A stretch of DNA of 63,284 nucleotides, filler included, from Octopus bimaculoides (taxonomy: Eukaryota): assembly GCF_001194135.2 (NCBI RefSeq). It is 4 parts of 4 records of this genome, joined end to end, with 100 filler letters (N's around TTAATTAATTAA, not from the genome) between each part and the next. Parts side by side here need not be neighbours in the genome. Positions count along the whole stretch, not along the records: positions 29,619 to 44,161 come from NC_069004.1; positions 44,262 to 54,454 come from NC_068981.1; 2 more parts are not named here. One strand, 5' to 3'. Both the position numbers and the translations under genes were made by a program. Positions 40,940 to 52,842 of the stretch are shown here, in pieces (within the stretch, counting starts at the first letter, position 1; each line of letters starts with the position of its first letter). The notes beneath the pieces were generated by a model that saw only the letters and a list, made by a program, of their open reading frames with translations, searched no databases and was not told the origin of the DNA.

Positions 40940-41288
40940 TTATATAAAGTAAAGACCCTTTTCTTTCATGAATGACCATGGTATTGCACCTAGAAAGTTC
41001 CCCTCTGTGACACAAGTCTGGACAAGGTTGTTTATGGAAGACCAACAGTTGCCCATAAATACCAGCCTTCCCTCTACACGCCATCGATGTTATCCAAGGG
41101 AAAAGAAACGGCCGATACAGTTTGGCACTTGTGATGTCACAACCCATTTCTACAGCTGAGTGAACTGGAGGAACATGAAAAAAAAGTGTCTTGCTCAAAA
41201 ACACAATGCACAGCCCAGTACGGAAATCGAACTCATTACCTCATGATTGTGAGCCCGACGCTCCAGCCACTGAGCCATGCGCCTTCAC
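40940..41288 (-). mobile_element. SINE (head B plus tail Y)
   Basis: Minus strand shows GGCGCATGGCTCAGTGG, GAGTTCGATTTCC and TTGAGCAAGACAC...CAGTTCACTCAGCTGTAGAAATGGG, then an unrelated tail. Confidence 0.8.
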
Positions 41289-41346
41289 TACGTATATATT
41301 GAAATGGTAAACACTTGGATGTTTCCAGATTAGTAATCTTCTAGTT

Positions 41347-41657
41347 GTGGAGGCGCAATGGCCCAGTGGTTAGGGCAGCGGACTCGCAGTCGGAGGATCG
41401 CGGTTTCGATTCCCAGACCGGGCGTTTTGAGTGTTTATTGAGCGAAAACACGTATGCTCCACGGGGCTCCAGCAGGAGGTGGTGGCGACTCCTGTTGTAC
41501 TCTTTCGCCCCAACTTTCTCTCACTCTTTCTTCCCGTTTCTTGAGTAACGCTGCGATGGACTGGCGTCCCGTCCAGCTGGGAGGGAACACATACGCCATA
41601 GAAACCGGGAAACCGGGCCCATGAGCATGGCTAGGCTTTGAAAGGGCGAAAAAAAAA
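41347..41657 (+). mobile_element. Full-length tRNA-derived SINE (head A plus V-domain-like tail, polyA)
   Basis: A box TGGCCCAGTGG, B box GGTTTCGATTCC and CTGCGATGGACTGGCGTCCCGTCCAG (V-SINE-like). 12-bp TSD AATCTTCTAGTT (41335-41346 and 41658-41669). Confidence 0.9.
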
Positions 41658-43510
41658 AATCTTCTAGTTCCTTCCACGAAATTCCTGCTCCCTTAAAACG
41701 TAACGCTTCAGTTCCCGATCCTTAACATGACATTACGAGGTCACTCAGGGGTTAAACATTCCTGTGCGAACGAGAAAATATCTCCGAAGAAAGGCTCTCG
41801 TTCTTTATAATAAGGAATAAATATTTTGGCTGGAAACAAACAACACAAAGCAACACATATATATAAGACGAGGCGGTCGTAAGTGGAGGGTCATGAGATT
41901 GTGTGACGTTCATGTATTTCTCAAGGGTGTTAGGTAGTAGAGGTGAAGTGGAATATCTTCATCCAGAATTTGAAACTAAGGAAGACGAGGTGGAGGAGGA
42001 GGAGGAGTTGCAGACATCTCGCAGAAATCCTGCTTTCGGCTACTACTACTACTACTACTGCTACTGCTGCTGCTACTACTACTACTTATATATAGTTTAT
42101 ACCAATATAAAGTTTCTTCGTAACTCGGTGCAGAAGTGATGTGTGCGTGTGCGTGTGTGTTAGCATAAAGGTGATGGGTGATGGTGGTAGTGGTGGTAGT
42201 GGTAGTAGGTAGGCTGGTAGAGAATGTATGAGCGAACGAGAGAGAGAGAAAGAAAGAGGGAAGAGAAATCAACACACACACACACACACATACGCACACA
42301 CACGCGCTCGCGCTCGCGTGCGCAAAGACACGCCGAACGCATCATGCTCAGCGTGGGCACACAGCGGCTTACACAACAACACGTCTTTNNNNNNNNNNNN
42401 NNNNNNNNNNNNNNNNNNNNNNNNNNNNNNNNNNNNNNNNNNNNNNNNNNNNNNNNNNNNNNNNNNNNNNNNNNNNNNNNNNNNNNNNNNNNNNNNNNNN
42501 NNNNNNNNNNNNNNNNNNNNNNNNNNNNNNNNNNNNNNNNNNNNNNNNNNNNNNNNNNNNNNNNNNNNNNNNNNNNNNNNNNNNNNNNNNNNNNNNNNNN
42601 TGGAAGCTATGGCAACAACCAGGTGTTCTTCTCGTTGTTGCTGTTGTCGGTTCGCTATTCATGATAACGATGATAATGTTAATGGTGGTCAACATAGGGG
42701 AGGGATGGTGGTGAAGAAGCTGGTTGTGGTGGTGGTGGTGGTGGTGGTGGTGGTAGTTGTGATGGTGGCGGTGGAGGTGGTAGTGGTGGTGGTGGTGGTG
42801 GTGGAGTGTTGTTGCTACTGCGATTGTAGTGGTGTGTGATATTTTAATAGCAGAAATATCAGTGGTGAAAGCAACACATGTAGTAGTGCTGTGGTGCGAT
42901 CCCTCGTTTATGTTGTAGTACCGCATACCTATACCGATGTGGTGGAGGCGTTGAGGTAGTAAGTCGTGGGTGTGGTGAGAGGAGGGTGGTAGTTGATGCT
43001 ATTTAACTCTAGGTCGGCTCTAACTTAAAAAGTAAAAAAAAAAATTATGAAAACCGCTCCAGCAATGACCATCCAGTCGACTTTTTCTTTCCTTTTTTTT
43101 TTTCTTTCAAGATTGCCTTATTCTATGTCATTTGAAATGGCACGAAATTGATTTGAGAAAAGTTTACCTATTATTTCTAGCAACCATGTAGAGGTTCTTC
43201 TTTCACTGGTGGGTGTAGTGGTGGTGGGGAAAAAATCGATCTGCCACATGTTGGGCGGTGTAAACATGTGGCGAAGGGGTAGGAAAAATAAATTAAAAGG
43301 ACTAGTGGAAGATTAAACACGGGTAACTAGAAACCACAGCCACTGCTACCACCACTAGAGGTGGTAATGGCGGTGATACTACTACTACTACTACTACTAC
43401 TACTACGACTACTACTGCTGCTACTACTACTACTACTACTAGTTGCTGGTTAGGTAAAGTTTGTTGTTTTAAAACGTGCTCTAGTTTTATTTGGATGGCA
43501 GTGGTTAGCG

Positions 43511-43541
<31 letters not shown>

Positions 43542-43543
43542 AC

Positions 43544-43575
<32 letters not shown>

Positions 43576-43803
43576 ACACAAAGAGATGATGGTAATCGAG
43601 TGGCAGCGATCAAGTGATGAGGAAGATCGACTTTCAAGATAAACATGGCGGGTGGTTAGCTAACTCGGAAGAACAAATAAACAGATGCACACAATAACAG
43701 TATCGTTTCATCCTCCCTCCCTCCGTCCCTCTCTCTCTTTCTTTCTTTCCCCACCTCTCTTTTACACACACACTCGTTCTCTCTATCTTCCCCCCGCCAC
43801 ACA

Positions 43804-43998
43804 CGAGGGGGTGCTGAAAAGTTCCTGGCTTTAAGGGTATTGCGAAAGGCGTGGTTCTTTTACAGGGCTTAGAAAAACTGAAGGACCACTGCAATAAGTG
43901 TGTGAATCTGAGAGGGGATCATGTTGTATAAAATCATAATTAACTGATCCTCCTGTATTTTCTTTTACCCAAAACCAGGAACTTCTCAGCACCCCTCG
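43804..43998 (+). mobile_element. Internally deleted mariner (MITE-like)
   Basis: ~28-bp TIRs (CGAGGGGGTGCTGAAAAGTTCCTGGCTTT / AAAACCAGGAACTTCTCAGCACCCCTCG) with TA on the right. The interior encodes the transposase C-terminus GLEKLKDHCNKCVNLRGDHVV*. Confidence 0.88.
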
Positions 43999-44161
43999 TA
44001 TGTATATATATGTCAATTTATATATCAAAACAATTTAACATTAAAATGAAGGGTTACGCAATATGTTTGTGGGGTACTTATTTATGAACAAAGGGAAAGG
44101 TTGCCAGTGACTTCGAAGTTTTGGTTCGTTCGCTTTCATCACTGTCTGATAGATAGTCCAA

Positions 44162-44261
44162 NNNNNNNNNNNNNNNNNNNNNNNNNNNNNNNNNNNNNNN
44201 NNNNNTTAATTAATTAANNNNNNNNNNNNNNNNNNNNNNNNNNNNNNNNNNNNNNNNNNNN
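44162..44261. other. Artificial scaffold-join spacer
   Basis: Same 100-nt structure, 12-mer at 44206-44217. Confidence 0.97.
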
Positions 44262-44481
44262 ACCATTTCGAGCGTGGCCATTTTCGTGCGGGTGACACGT
44301 AAAAGCACCCACTACACTCTCTGAGTGGTTGGCGTTAGGAAGGGCATCCAGCTGTAGAAACTCTGCCAAATCAGACTGGAGCCTGGTGTTGCCATCCGGT
44401 TTCACCAGTCCTCAGTCAAATCGTCCAACCCATGCTAGCATGGAAAGCGGACGTTAAACGATGATGATGATGATGATGATG
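44262..44481 (+). mobile_element. Young RTE LINE 3' UTR with (GAT)n tail
   Basis: Nearly identical to 54555-54790 and homologous to the 3' end of the 57.6-60.4 kb LINE. Confidence 0.88.
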
Positions 44482-45020
44482 CAAAGAAATTAGCCTGGCA
44501 GAAAAATTTCCCCAAGATATTTACAACAGCCAAACTTTTTTTTAATATGAGTTGTAAGTGGAAGGAATTTATTCAGTTGGAATCAAAACTGGAATGTAAA
44601 TTCGGTTTACAATTAACCTACCACCACTCTACAACCTTTGTGCTTCGCTTACCATATTCTTGACTTAACTTCATTACAATTAAGGTTACAATGTAAATGA
44701 CTTGCATTCCTTTATTTAAGGTTTGAAAGCTAAAACAAAATATCGCTAGCATTCTTTATTTACTATGCACAATGTTTCTTAGAGGTAAATGACATTCACA
44801 CAAACTTTTTCTGAAATATTCTGTTCAAATATAGATTAAAGAAATAAGCTTGATTCAGAGATGCTCAGACCTACACTTACTCTATAGATACTTAAGTTGT
44901 GAGTTATAAATTCATGAATAACAACACCTTTAATTTTCTTTAAAAGCCAATCTATTTCCTGACTAGAATTTTAGTCCAGAATTAATACAAAATGGAAAAA
45001 AAAACTTTTATTGATCTTAC

Positions 45021-45121
45021 TTGCTGCTAGAATATAATTTACTCAAACATTTTTCATAAAACATCTTCTCAAGAGACAATGACAATACGGTTTTGATATT
45101 ATGAAATACTTCTGATGATAG
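45021..45121 (-). CDS. ABCB1: ABCB1-like transporter, following exon (101 nt, phase 0/2)
   Basis: LSSEVFHNIKTVLSLSLEKMFYEKCLSKLYSSS corresponds to P-gp IATEAIENFRTVVSLTQEQKF. Flanks are tttcttttcattatag| and |gtaag. It is in frame with the two upstream exons. Confidence 0.9.
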
Positions 45122-45164
45122 CTATAATGAAAAGAAATAAAGAAATTTAAAACAATTTAGAAAC

Positions 45165-45485
45165 AGGTGTGGTTGTGTAGTTTGTGTAGGAAGAAGTTTG
45201 CTTCTCAACCACGTGGTTCTGGGTTCAGACCTACTGCATAGCACCCCTTGGGCAAGTGTGTGTGTGTGTGTCTTTGTGTATGCGTTTGTCCCCCCAGCAC
45301 CGCTTGACAACTGGTGTTAATATGTTTACGTCCCTATAACTTAGCAGTTCAGCAAATAAAAACGGTATAAGAACCAAGCTTTACAAATAAAATAAGTACT
45401 GAGATCAATGCGTTCGACCAAAATTCTTCAAGGCAGTGCCCCAGCATGGCCACAATCTAATGACTGAAGAAAAAGATAAAAGATA
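45165..45485 (+). mobile_element. SINE S1 in an ABCB intron
   Basis: Head, CORE-like segment, (TG)n and the S1 tail. Confidence 0.78.
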
Positions 45486-46782
45486 AAACAGGGCCAGGAA
45501 TATTGGGGAATGAAGTAGTCGATTTAATCAATCTAGTGTCGCTGCAGCTGCTGCTGCTGCTGCAGTTGATGTTATGGGTGCTGTGTTGGTAGTGGAGTGG
45601 CTTTATGTTGTCTTAGTTTTTGTTATGTACAGAAGACCCTGGAATGGTTGGTGTTACAATATGTGTCGCACCTGAGCCACCTATCCTCCACTATAGCATG
45701 TATTTCATAAGGTTGATGATCTTGTCTGGGTTTGACTATTGTATGTGGAACAGGATTTCTATATGAATTTCCAACCGGTTTTCCTTATGATATCACCTCA
45801 TACAGAAGGTAATGTTCCCTATCTCTTAGACAACTCAATCTCCTAACTACCAGAGGTTAAATTCTTGCAGCCTATCCAGTTCCTTCACCTTTACCATTTG
45901 CCAGTCCATTTATGCTAGAATGGACTGGTAATTTTCTCACTCTTCACAGGACAGAAGACAACCTCGGCATGAGAGCTTTTCAAAGGAACATCATTTTCAC
46001 ATTTATTCCATATCATCCATTTGATGTGACAAAGTCTACGAAGCTCCATATTTCTCTTTGGTATTAGCCAGCTTTTGGGGTACAGCTAGTACATCCTTCA
46101 TGCCACCTTGCCATGTGAGCTTTTTTTTTTCCTTTCTTTCTCAGCTATCCAATTCTTGAGAAACTTGTTGAACTATTCTTGAGTCCTTTGCAAAGAAGCA
46201 ATTCTTTGCAGTGCTTTTGCTGTTTTACAAGTTTGTGTGTGTGTTTACAAGTTGCTTCTGTTGATTCTAGTGGATGTGGCATTGGAGGCAATTGTTGGTG
46301 TTAATGTTAGATGCAATTGCCCTCCACCCCAACTCATTGTCTTGTTACTACTACGAGATCGTATTGATAATAAAATTGTTGTTGCTGCTGCTATTGTTTC
46401 TGCTGCTGTGCCTACTGTCAGGAGTGACAGTATTGCTATTGCTTATGGTTTTCATTTAGAATTTTGAACTCGTGGAAGAGAGCTATTGCTTTGGTGTTAG
46501 AAAGGGGGAGGCTTTTCTCCTCCACCAGATAGAGTTGAAAATGGAACGACCAGTCCAAAATGGAATGATCAGATCAAAAGTTCACTTTAACAAGATTCTG
46601 AGCAAACAAACAACAATTCTTTTCAAAATTACAACACAAAGCAAATTACTTCTAGCTTTGGCAACAACAATATCAACATCACAGCAACAATAACAAAATA
46701 ATAATTATTATTATATTGTTCTCCCCCCTCTCTCATACACATGAACACACACATGTACATACACACATAGATAGATAGATAG

Positions 46783-46865
46783 ATAATGAGGCTAGTGAAA
46801 GTAGTAGAGGTGGAAAGTGGAAGGCTTCCACCTTCCACCTCTACTACTTTCACTAGCCTCATTAT
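46783..46865. repeat. 83-bp near-perfect palindrome
   Basis: 41-bp arms (46783-46823 and 46825-46865) with one mismatch and a 1-nt spacer. Confidence 0.95.
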
Positions 46866-47286
46866 TAACCCTAGCCCTGAATTTTATTTTCTCTTCCCAT
46901 TACTCTCTAAATACCCAGCAACCCCTCTTTCTAATACACTTATTTCTCCACAAAATCATTCCATCTTTAAATTCCATTCTATCAACACCTCAAATGTAAA
47001 ATTCTTCCCTGAAGATGGAGGCTGGTGTTATCCGCTGATGGAATCAATTTACAATCATTATTTTTGACCACCAAGCTCCCCAAAACAGCTTTTGGACTCG
47101 TAAAACTCTTATTCAACTCCTTTAATTCCGGATATCATTTCTATTCTCTTTAAGTCAAACATTTTTATATGTAAACATATGCGCATTTTTTGTATTAGAT
47201 GTATTTAATATTTTCTGTATATCGACTTGCCTAACTTGCATGTCCTTACATTTACTCCTATAAAAAATATATGTATATAATGTATG

Positions 47287-48390
47287 TCATCATCATCATC
47301 ATCATCATAGTTTAACGTCCATTTTCCATGCTGGCAAGGGTTGGATGGTTCGACTAGGGTCTGGGAAGCCAGGAGGCTTCACCAGGCCCCAATCTGATCT
47401 GGCAGTGTTTCAACAGCTGGATGCCCCTCCTAACACCAACCACTCCGAGAATGTAGTGGGTGCTTTTTACGTGCCACTGGCACAAAGGGCCAGAAGAGCT
47501 GGCATCGACCACAATCGGATGGTGCTTTTTACGTGCCACCAGCACAAAAGCCAGTTAATGTGGCACTGGCATCGGCCACGTTCGGATGGTGCTTTTTTAC
47601 TTGACTCAGTAGGTCTCCTCAAACACGGCATAACACCCTACAATCCAAGGTACTTTTGAGTGGGCTGGTTATGCAACACTGGTGTAGGCTACAGCTGTGA
47701 ACTCACTTTATTTGCCAGGTCTTCTCAGTCACGGCATACCTCCAGAGGTCTCGGTCTTTTGTCATTGCCTCTGTGAGGCCCAATGTTCAAAGGTCATGCT
47801 TCACCACCTCATCCCATGTCTGCCTTACACTGGGTACATCTTATGGAATTTCTACCTACACCTTTTCTACAGATCGAGCAGAGCCACTTACCTGAAGTGG
47901 TGCGTGATGTGTTCGCCTTCCTACTTACTAGAACTTTGGTCTTTGCAACATTGACTCTAAGGCCCTTCCATTCTAAACCTTACTTCCAAATCTGAAATTT
48001 CTTCTCTAGTTCTGGTAGTGATTCTGTTATGAGGGCCAGATCATCAGCATAGAGGAGCTCCCAGGGGCAACCTGTCTTGAATTCCTGTTATTGCCTGGAG
48101 AACTATGATGAATAAGAGGGGCTGAGGGCTGATCCTTGGTGGACCCCTACTTCTACCTGGAATTCTTCACTATACTCATTTCCAATCCTAACCCTACTGA
48201 TGGCACCCCTGTATAGGGCCTGTACAGCCCTTATTAACCATTCGTCAATGCCCCGTTTCCACATCGCCCACTAGATAAGGGATCGGAGGACCCTGTCAAA
48301 GGCTTTCTCCAAGTCTACAAAAGCCAAATATAGGGGTTTATCTTTGGCTAGGTATTTCTCCTGCAGTTGCCGTACCAAGAATATAGCATT
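47287..48390 (-). mobile_element. 5'-truncated, internally deleted RTE LINE copy
   Basis: TTNAIFLVRQLQEKYLAKDKPLYLAFVDLEKAFDRV (ORF 48271..48474) and LPWELLYADDL, then the C-terminus, 3' UTR and (CAT)n on the plus strand. Confidence 0.9.
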
Positions 48391-48409
48391 AGTGGTGCTT
48401 ATATATGTA

Positions 48410-48444
<35 letters not shown>

Positions 48445-48747
48445 ATGCAACGGGCTCCCATCTACTATATTCACTCAAAAGGAACTGGTTAACCTAGGGC
48501 TATAGTAGAAGATGTTTGTTTGGGACTGAACCTGAACCCTTGTGATTGTGAAGTGAACTTTTTAACCTCACAAGTGATTGCTCCAAGAAATAAAAAGATA
48601 AATTTAACGTAATTCGCCCCTTTAAAAATGTTTCTTTTTCTTTACTCTTAATTTATGCATATCCCAATTTTAAGGTGAAGAAACCTTTTTATCTAAACAT
48701 CAAAGCAGCAAATCATTGATGAACATAAACATTTACTATGCCCCAAC

Positions 48748-48778
<31 letters not shown>

Positions 48779-48950
48779 GACTTATACCCAAGAAAATACA
48801 AATTAGTAAATTCGTTATAATTCCCCTCTTAAAATTTTTTTAGCATTTATTTTCTCATCTCTTAATTTGTTCTTTACTTCTAAAAGCTCTAAGAAAACAC
48901 CCATTTAGCAACGATGTGCTCCAAAACCTTGAATTTATCCACCTTCCCTC

Positions 48951-48999
<49 letters not shown>

Positions 49000-49299
49000 A
49001 TATATACACACACACATATATATATGTGTGTGTGTGTGTGAAAGTAGGGGTGAGTGTATGTGTGCACAGGGTACCAAAAAAATCTGCATATACACTTTAA
49101 CAACTGATAGTTCACTTAATTTTCATTTTTTTTTTTTTAGATATGACCCGTTACAAATGATGAAGAGAGCCAGACTAAAGGAAATTTGTCCTAAAGTGCA
49201 ACTGGAAGTTCAGAAATGCAGCGGAAATACAAAGAGAGTGTTTCAAAGGGACCCACTTACACGATTACCAAACCTGTAATGCAAGGCCAAGTAAGGTGT

Positions 49300-50575
49300 T
49301 GTGTGGAGTGGTTCATCAGGCAGAAATGATGGGAAAAGGGAGTTGGTTTCTGGAGACAGATGAGTCATAAGTTCTTTACGAATCAGTCAGCTAAATGGCA
49401 ACTGGTTTGGCAAATGTATAAGGCCCTGCTAAGAGAGCAATTTAATACGGTAGATGACATTGGTAGGGATGCAGGAAAGAGAATTGAAGATGTTGACAAT
49501 GTTGTGTGGAAGATGGTGAGGCATGGATAGGCATAGAAATGGGATCTGGAGCAAAGAGAGTCCCAAAATCTTGATTGCAGCTACATAGACAACAGATATA
49601 GAGGAATTGAGAGTAAGCGATGGCACGTTTGATGTGGTAGGGATGGGAGGAAGGAAAATCGAGGCAGGGGTACAAGTCGGTAGGTTTGAGGAAGGCAGAA
49701 GTGATAGAGTGATATAATAGGTTAATGGAGACTGAGATATCTAAATAGTTAACAGAGGTGTCAGAGACGGGTGAATTCAAGGGACTGATAAAAAAAGAAA
49801 ACGAATGAAATTAAGTTATTCAGATGTTTACGGGAGAGTGAAGCTGTGACGATACAATTGTCTATATAACAACCTTATAGCTCTGGGGTCTGGTGAACTC
49901 CAAGAAGATTTGATCCTCAACATAGCTGACAAAGAAGTTGGCAAGGTTAGAGCCTATTCTAACTCCCATAGCAACCTGGTAGACCTCGCCCACAAATGTG
50001 AAACAGCTGAGATTTAGTACAAGTTCAATGAGGCAGAGAAGTATAGGTGTATTAGATTCGAGGATGGTACGACTGTTGAGGAAGCACTGGAGTGATAGGA
50101 AACTATCATTATGAGGAATAATGATAGTATAGAGAAATTTCATATCCATGGTAAAGAGAAGCTGAGAAGGACCAGGAGAAAAAGAAAAGGAATTGAAGAT
50201 ACAAAAAGTATGGTTAGTATTGTAGATGTGGGATGAGAAGAGAGCAACTAAGAGGAAAAGGATGAGACCCAAATACTTGGAAATAAGTTCTGTAGGGCAG
50301 TTGTGTATGCTGAGACGATGGGACAGCCAGGGTTATTGTGTTTATGAATTGTGGAATGGAAATAGATGGTAGAGGTGTGAGAAATTTGGACAATGAAGTG
50401 GGTAGCGGTAGGAAGACCACAAAAGAAGAGATGGTTGTGGATATGTGCTACTGACGGGAAGGGTGGGGTTGGAGGGTAAGGGGCAACAAAATGTGAAGTT
50501 GCAAGGCTGTCTGAATGCCCTCTCCATGTAGAGTTTAGTGCCCCACACCATAACTGGTCCATCCTTGTCGTCTGG
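49300..50575 (-). mobile_element. Penelope-like element remnant (RT plus GIY-YIG endonuclease)
   Basis: TIHKHNNPGCPIVSA, LFTMDMKFLYTII, VAMGVRIGSNLA and YLDISV...KPTD...SSHP...AIAYSQFL, then NVIYRI..CSLSRALYICQTSCHLAD*F. Confidence 0.88.
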
Positions 50576-50791
50576 TTATATGACGATACATATATACATT
50601 TATACATGTATATGTACATATATGTGCGTGTGTATGCATATGTGTGTGTGTGTGTGATAGGTAGGTAGGTAGGTAAGTAGGTAGGTAGGTAGGTAGGTAG
50701 GTAGGTAGGTAGGTATCAGCTCGGAAGAACCTCTAACATGCAGTTAATATTTCTTAAACCAACGAAAAGGAATTTGTAAAATATTACTCAC

Positions 50792-50995
50792 ATTTATTGC
50801 TTCCTCCATCAACTCAGATTTCTGACTTAGTGTGTCGGTAAACATTTTCTGTTCAAGTGTAGAAGCTAGTACCATAACCGGGACAAAAGCGAAAACAAGT
50901 AACGCTAAGCGCCATTCATATATAAAACAACAAATCACTGCTGTTAGCATATGTCCAAGAATCTGTACAGACAGTCCAATCTTTACTCCACTAGC
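50792..50995 (-). CDS. ABCB1: ABCB1-like transporter, next exon (204 nt, two TM helices)
   Basis: ASGVKIGLSVQILGHMLTAVICCFIYEWRLALLVFAFVPVMVLASTLEQKMFTDTLSQKSELMEEAIN (68 aa) aligns without gaps to human AIGSRLAVIT...FIYGWQLTLLLLAIVPII...ELEGSGK (recalled). Flanks are cag| and |gtgagt. It lies within ORF 50744..51019. Confidence 0.95.
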
Positions 50996-51374
50996 CTGCC
51001 TCGTAAAAATAAAGAGCAATCTTTGGAAGGATGCAGTGTAATTTAGTTAGTGACCATGTCACAGTGTGTACGACAAAAATGTATGCACCAAATAACACTG
51101 TGTAATATGATTTTTGTCCTTGGATAGCAACTGTTGTATCCTATTTGCTTACTTCGAGAATGTATGAAAAATGGCCACTATTTCCTTCAAACTTTGTTCT
51201 GTTACATTTATTCAAACCCCAAAGAATCCCTCTCAGCAGATGGTTTTGATGCTCCCCCACTATTCCTGCTCATGATCAGAGATGCACGTATTGTCTACCA
51301 CTAAGGGACATGCTCAAGTGGTTAAGGTTAGGCAACTGACAAGGAAATATGTGGTATTGAGCAGAATATTTGCT

Positions 51375-51724
51375 ACTAGCAGTATAGCCTGGCTTTGCCC
51401 GGGATTAAGTTAGGATTATTAAGCTAATCAAATTCTTTATTTCAAACCAAACTAAGTAACATCGATGTCAAATTTGGGCAGAATCAGTGTCGCAACGGGA
51501 GCGCATGGGTTGGGAGTTTGATCGGCAGAGGTGATCAGGTTACACATGCCAGCCCTTTGAAAACACCACCCCATCATCTAACCCCTTTTTGCCCATGGGT
51601 TGGGAACCCTTCCAGCAAGGAAAATAAAATGCCCAAAAGGGCTCCCAATTCTCTGTGTCAGAAGCGGTTATGTTCAGATCACAACTAAGTCTTAAGTATA
51701 TATATATATATATATGGGCAACAA

Positions 51725-51755
<31 letters not shown>

Positions 51756-52100
51756 TACATACATACACATACGTACATACACCAATTGCATACGTATTTT
51801 TTGTACGCATACATGTTCGTATGTGTGTGTGTGTGTGTGTTGCCCGTATATCAACAAAACACTTTTTTCCTTGATGGAAAAAAAACAACAAAAGTCTTAA
51901 CAAAAACTTACTCGTCACTAGAAAGGGACTCAACTCCTGTTTGTAAACAATTGTGATTTCTCGACTTGAAAATTGTTAAAAGTTTTGGTTGAAAATTTAT
52001 TTTTACTACTATTCGCTGGTGCCTCTGGGAAAAATATGTGGACGTGCATAAATTACATTCACATACACACACACACACATCCTACCTTTTATATATACAG
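51375..52100 (+). mobile_element. Possible Helitron/Helentron-like non-autonomous element
   Basis: 5' ACTAGCAGTATAGCCTGGCTTTGCCCGGG with a short inverted repeat, internal (CA)n/(TG)n, and a 3' ttttatatatacagat end. It truncates an older repeat at 51373. Confidence 0.4.
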
Positions 52101-52842
52101 ATAGTGATATTTCTGCATCAGCAACTCAGCCCTAAATCTATCTGAAGTGTAATGGAAAATAGGTCAATTTCAAAACATTGATATCCACAGGTCACAAAAG
52201 CAAAGTTCTAAGGGAATAGTAGTCATTTCCTTTGATTTCTAGATAGAAGCAAATAGGAAATAACGCTTATTGACCAAAGACAAAAAAAATAATTAAAATT
52301 TTGTTACACAGTAAAATGCATGTTTAAATGAAGTTAACAGTTTTTGTGCTTTTGACGCTGAACTTGCTTTAGTTTCAGTATCAATATGCAGTCTCTGATC
52401 AAATTATTTGCCTGTCAATTACAACTCCGAAATTATAATAGTTTTAGCCAGGCTAACAACATTCTGAGGAATTATTTGTTGTTTCAGGAAGATGACAACT
52501 AAGCAACAAATTTACTTCATAGATTACTTCATATCATTGAGTTCTAAAAGGAAGATTTCCAATGAATACATAGTCATAGTCTAATGCAAAATCAGGATTT
52601 TTCAGACAATTATTCTGTTATCCTTACCAAAACAATAATATTTTTGTTTGTTGTGCTATTTATGTTTGATTTTTTTAGGTGGCTAAAACTAGCCGATAAT
52701 AACAACATATAAATCCTTGGAAACTGTGGTTCAAAAACTTTAATAATTTAAAATATCTGAAAAGATCTGCAAGCCTGAGAAAAGTAATTGGATTTACAAA
52801 TGAAGAAAAAAAAAACATGTTTTAATTAGAATTTGTACTTAC

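Noticed and set aside
41347-41425. Possible tRNA gene (also 35265-35342 and 55690-55770)
   Set aside because: A/B boxes continue into SINE bodies with TSDs or repeats, and I could not fold a clean cloverleaf; tRNAscan-SE would settle it.
47060-47090. Minus-strand LGGQK resembling the ABC signature LSGGQK
   Set aside because: Immediately followed by a stop, lacks surrounding NBD sequence, and lies between two TMD exons where no NBD belongs.
48914-49279. Plus-strand ORF with an apparent acceptor at 49140 (YDPLQMMKRARL...)
   Set aside because: The first half is microsatellite, no homology was recognised, and it is antisense within an ABCB intron next to a Penelope remnant.
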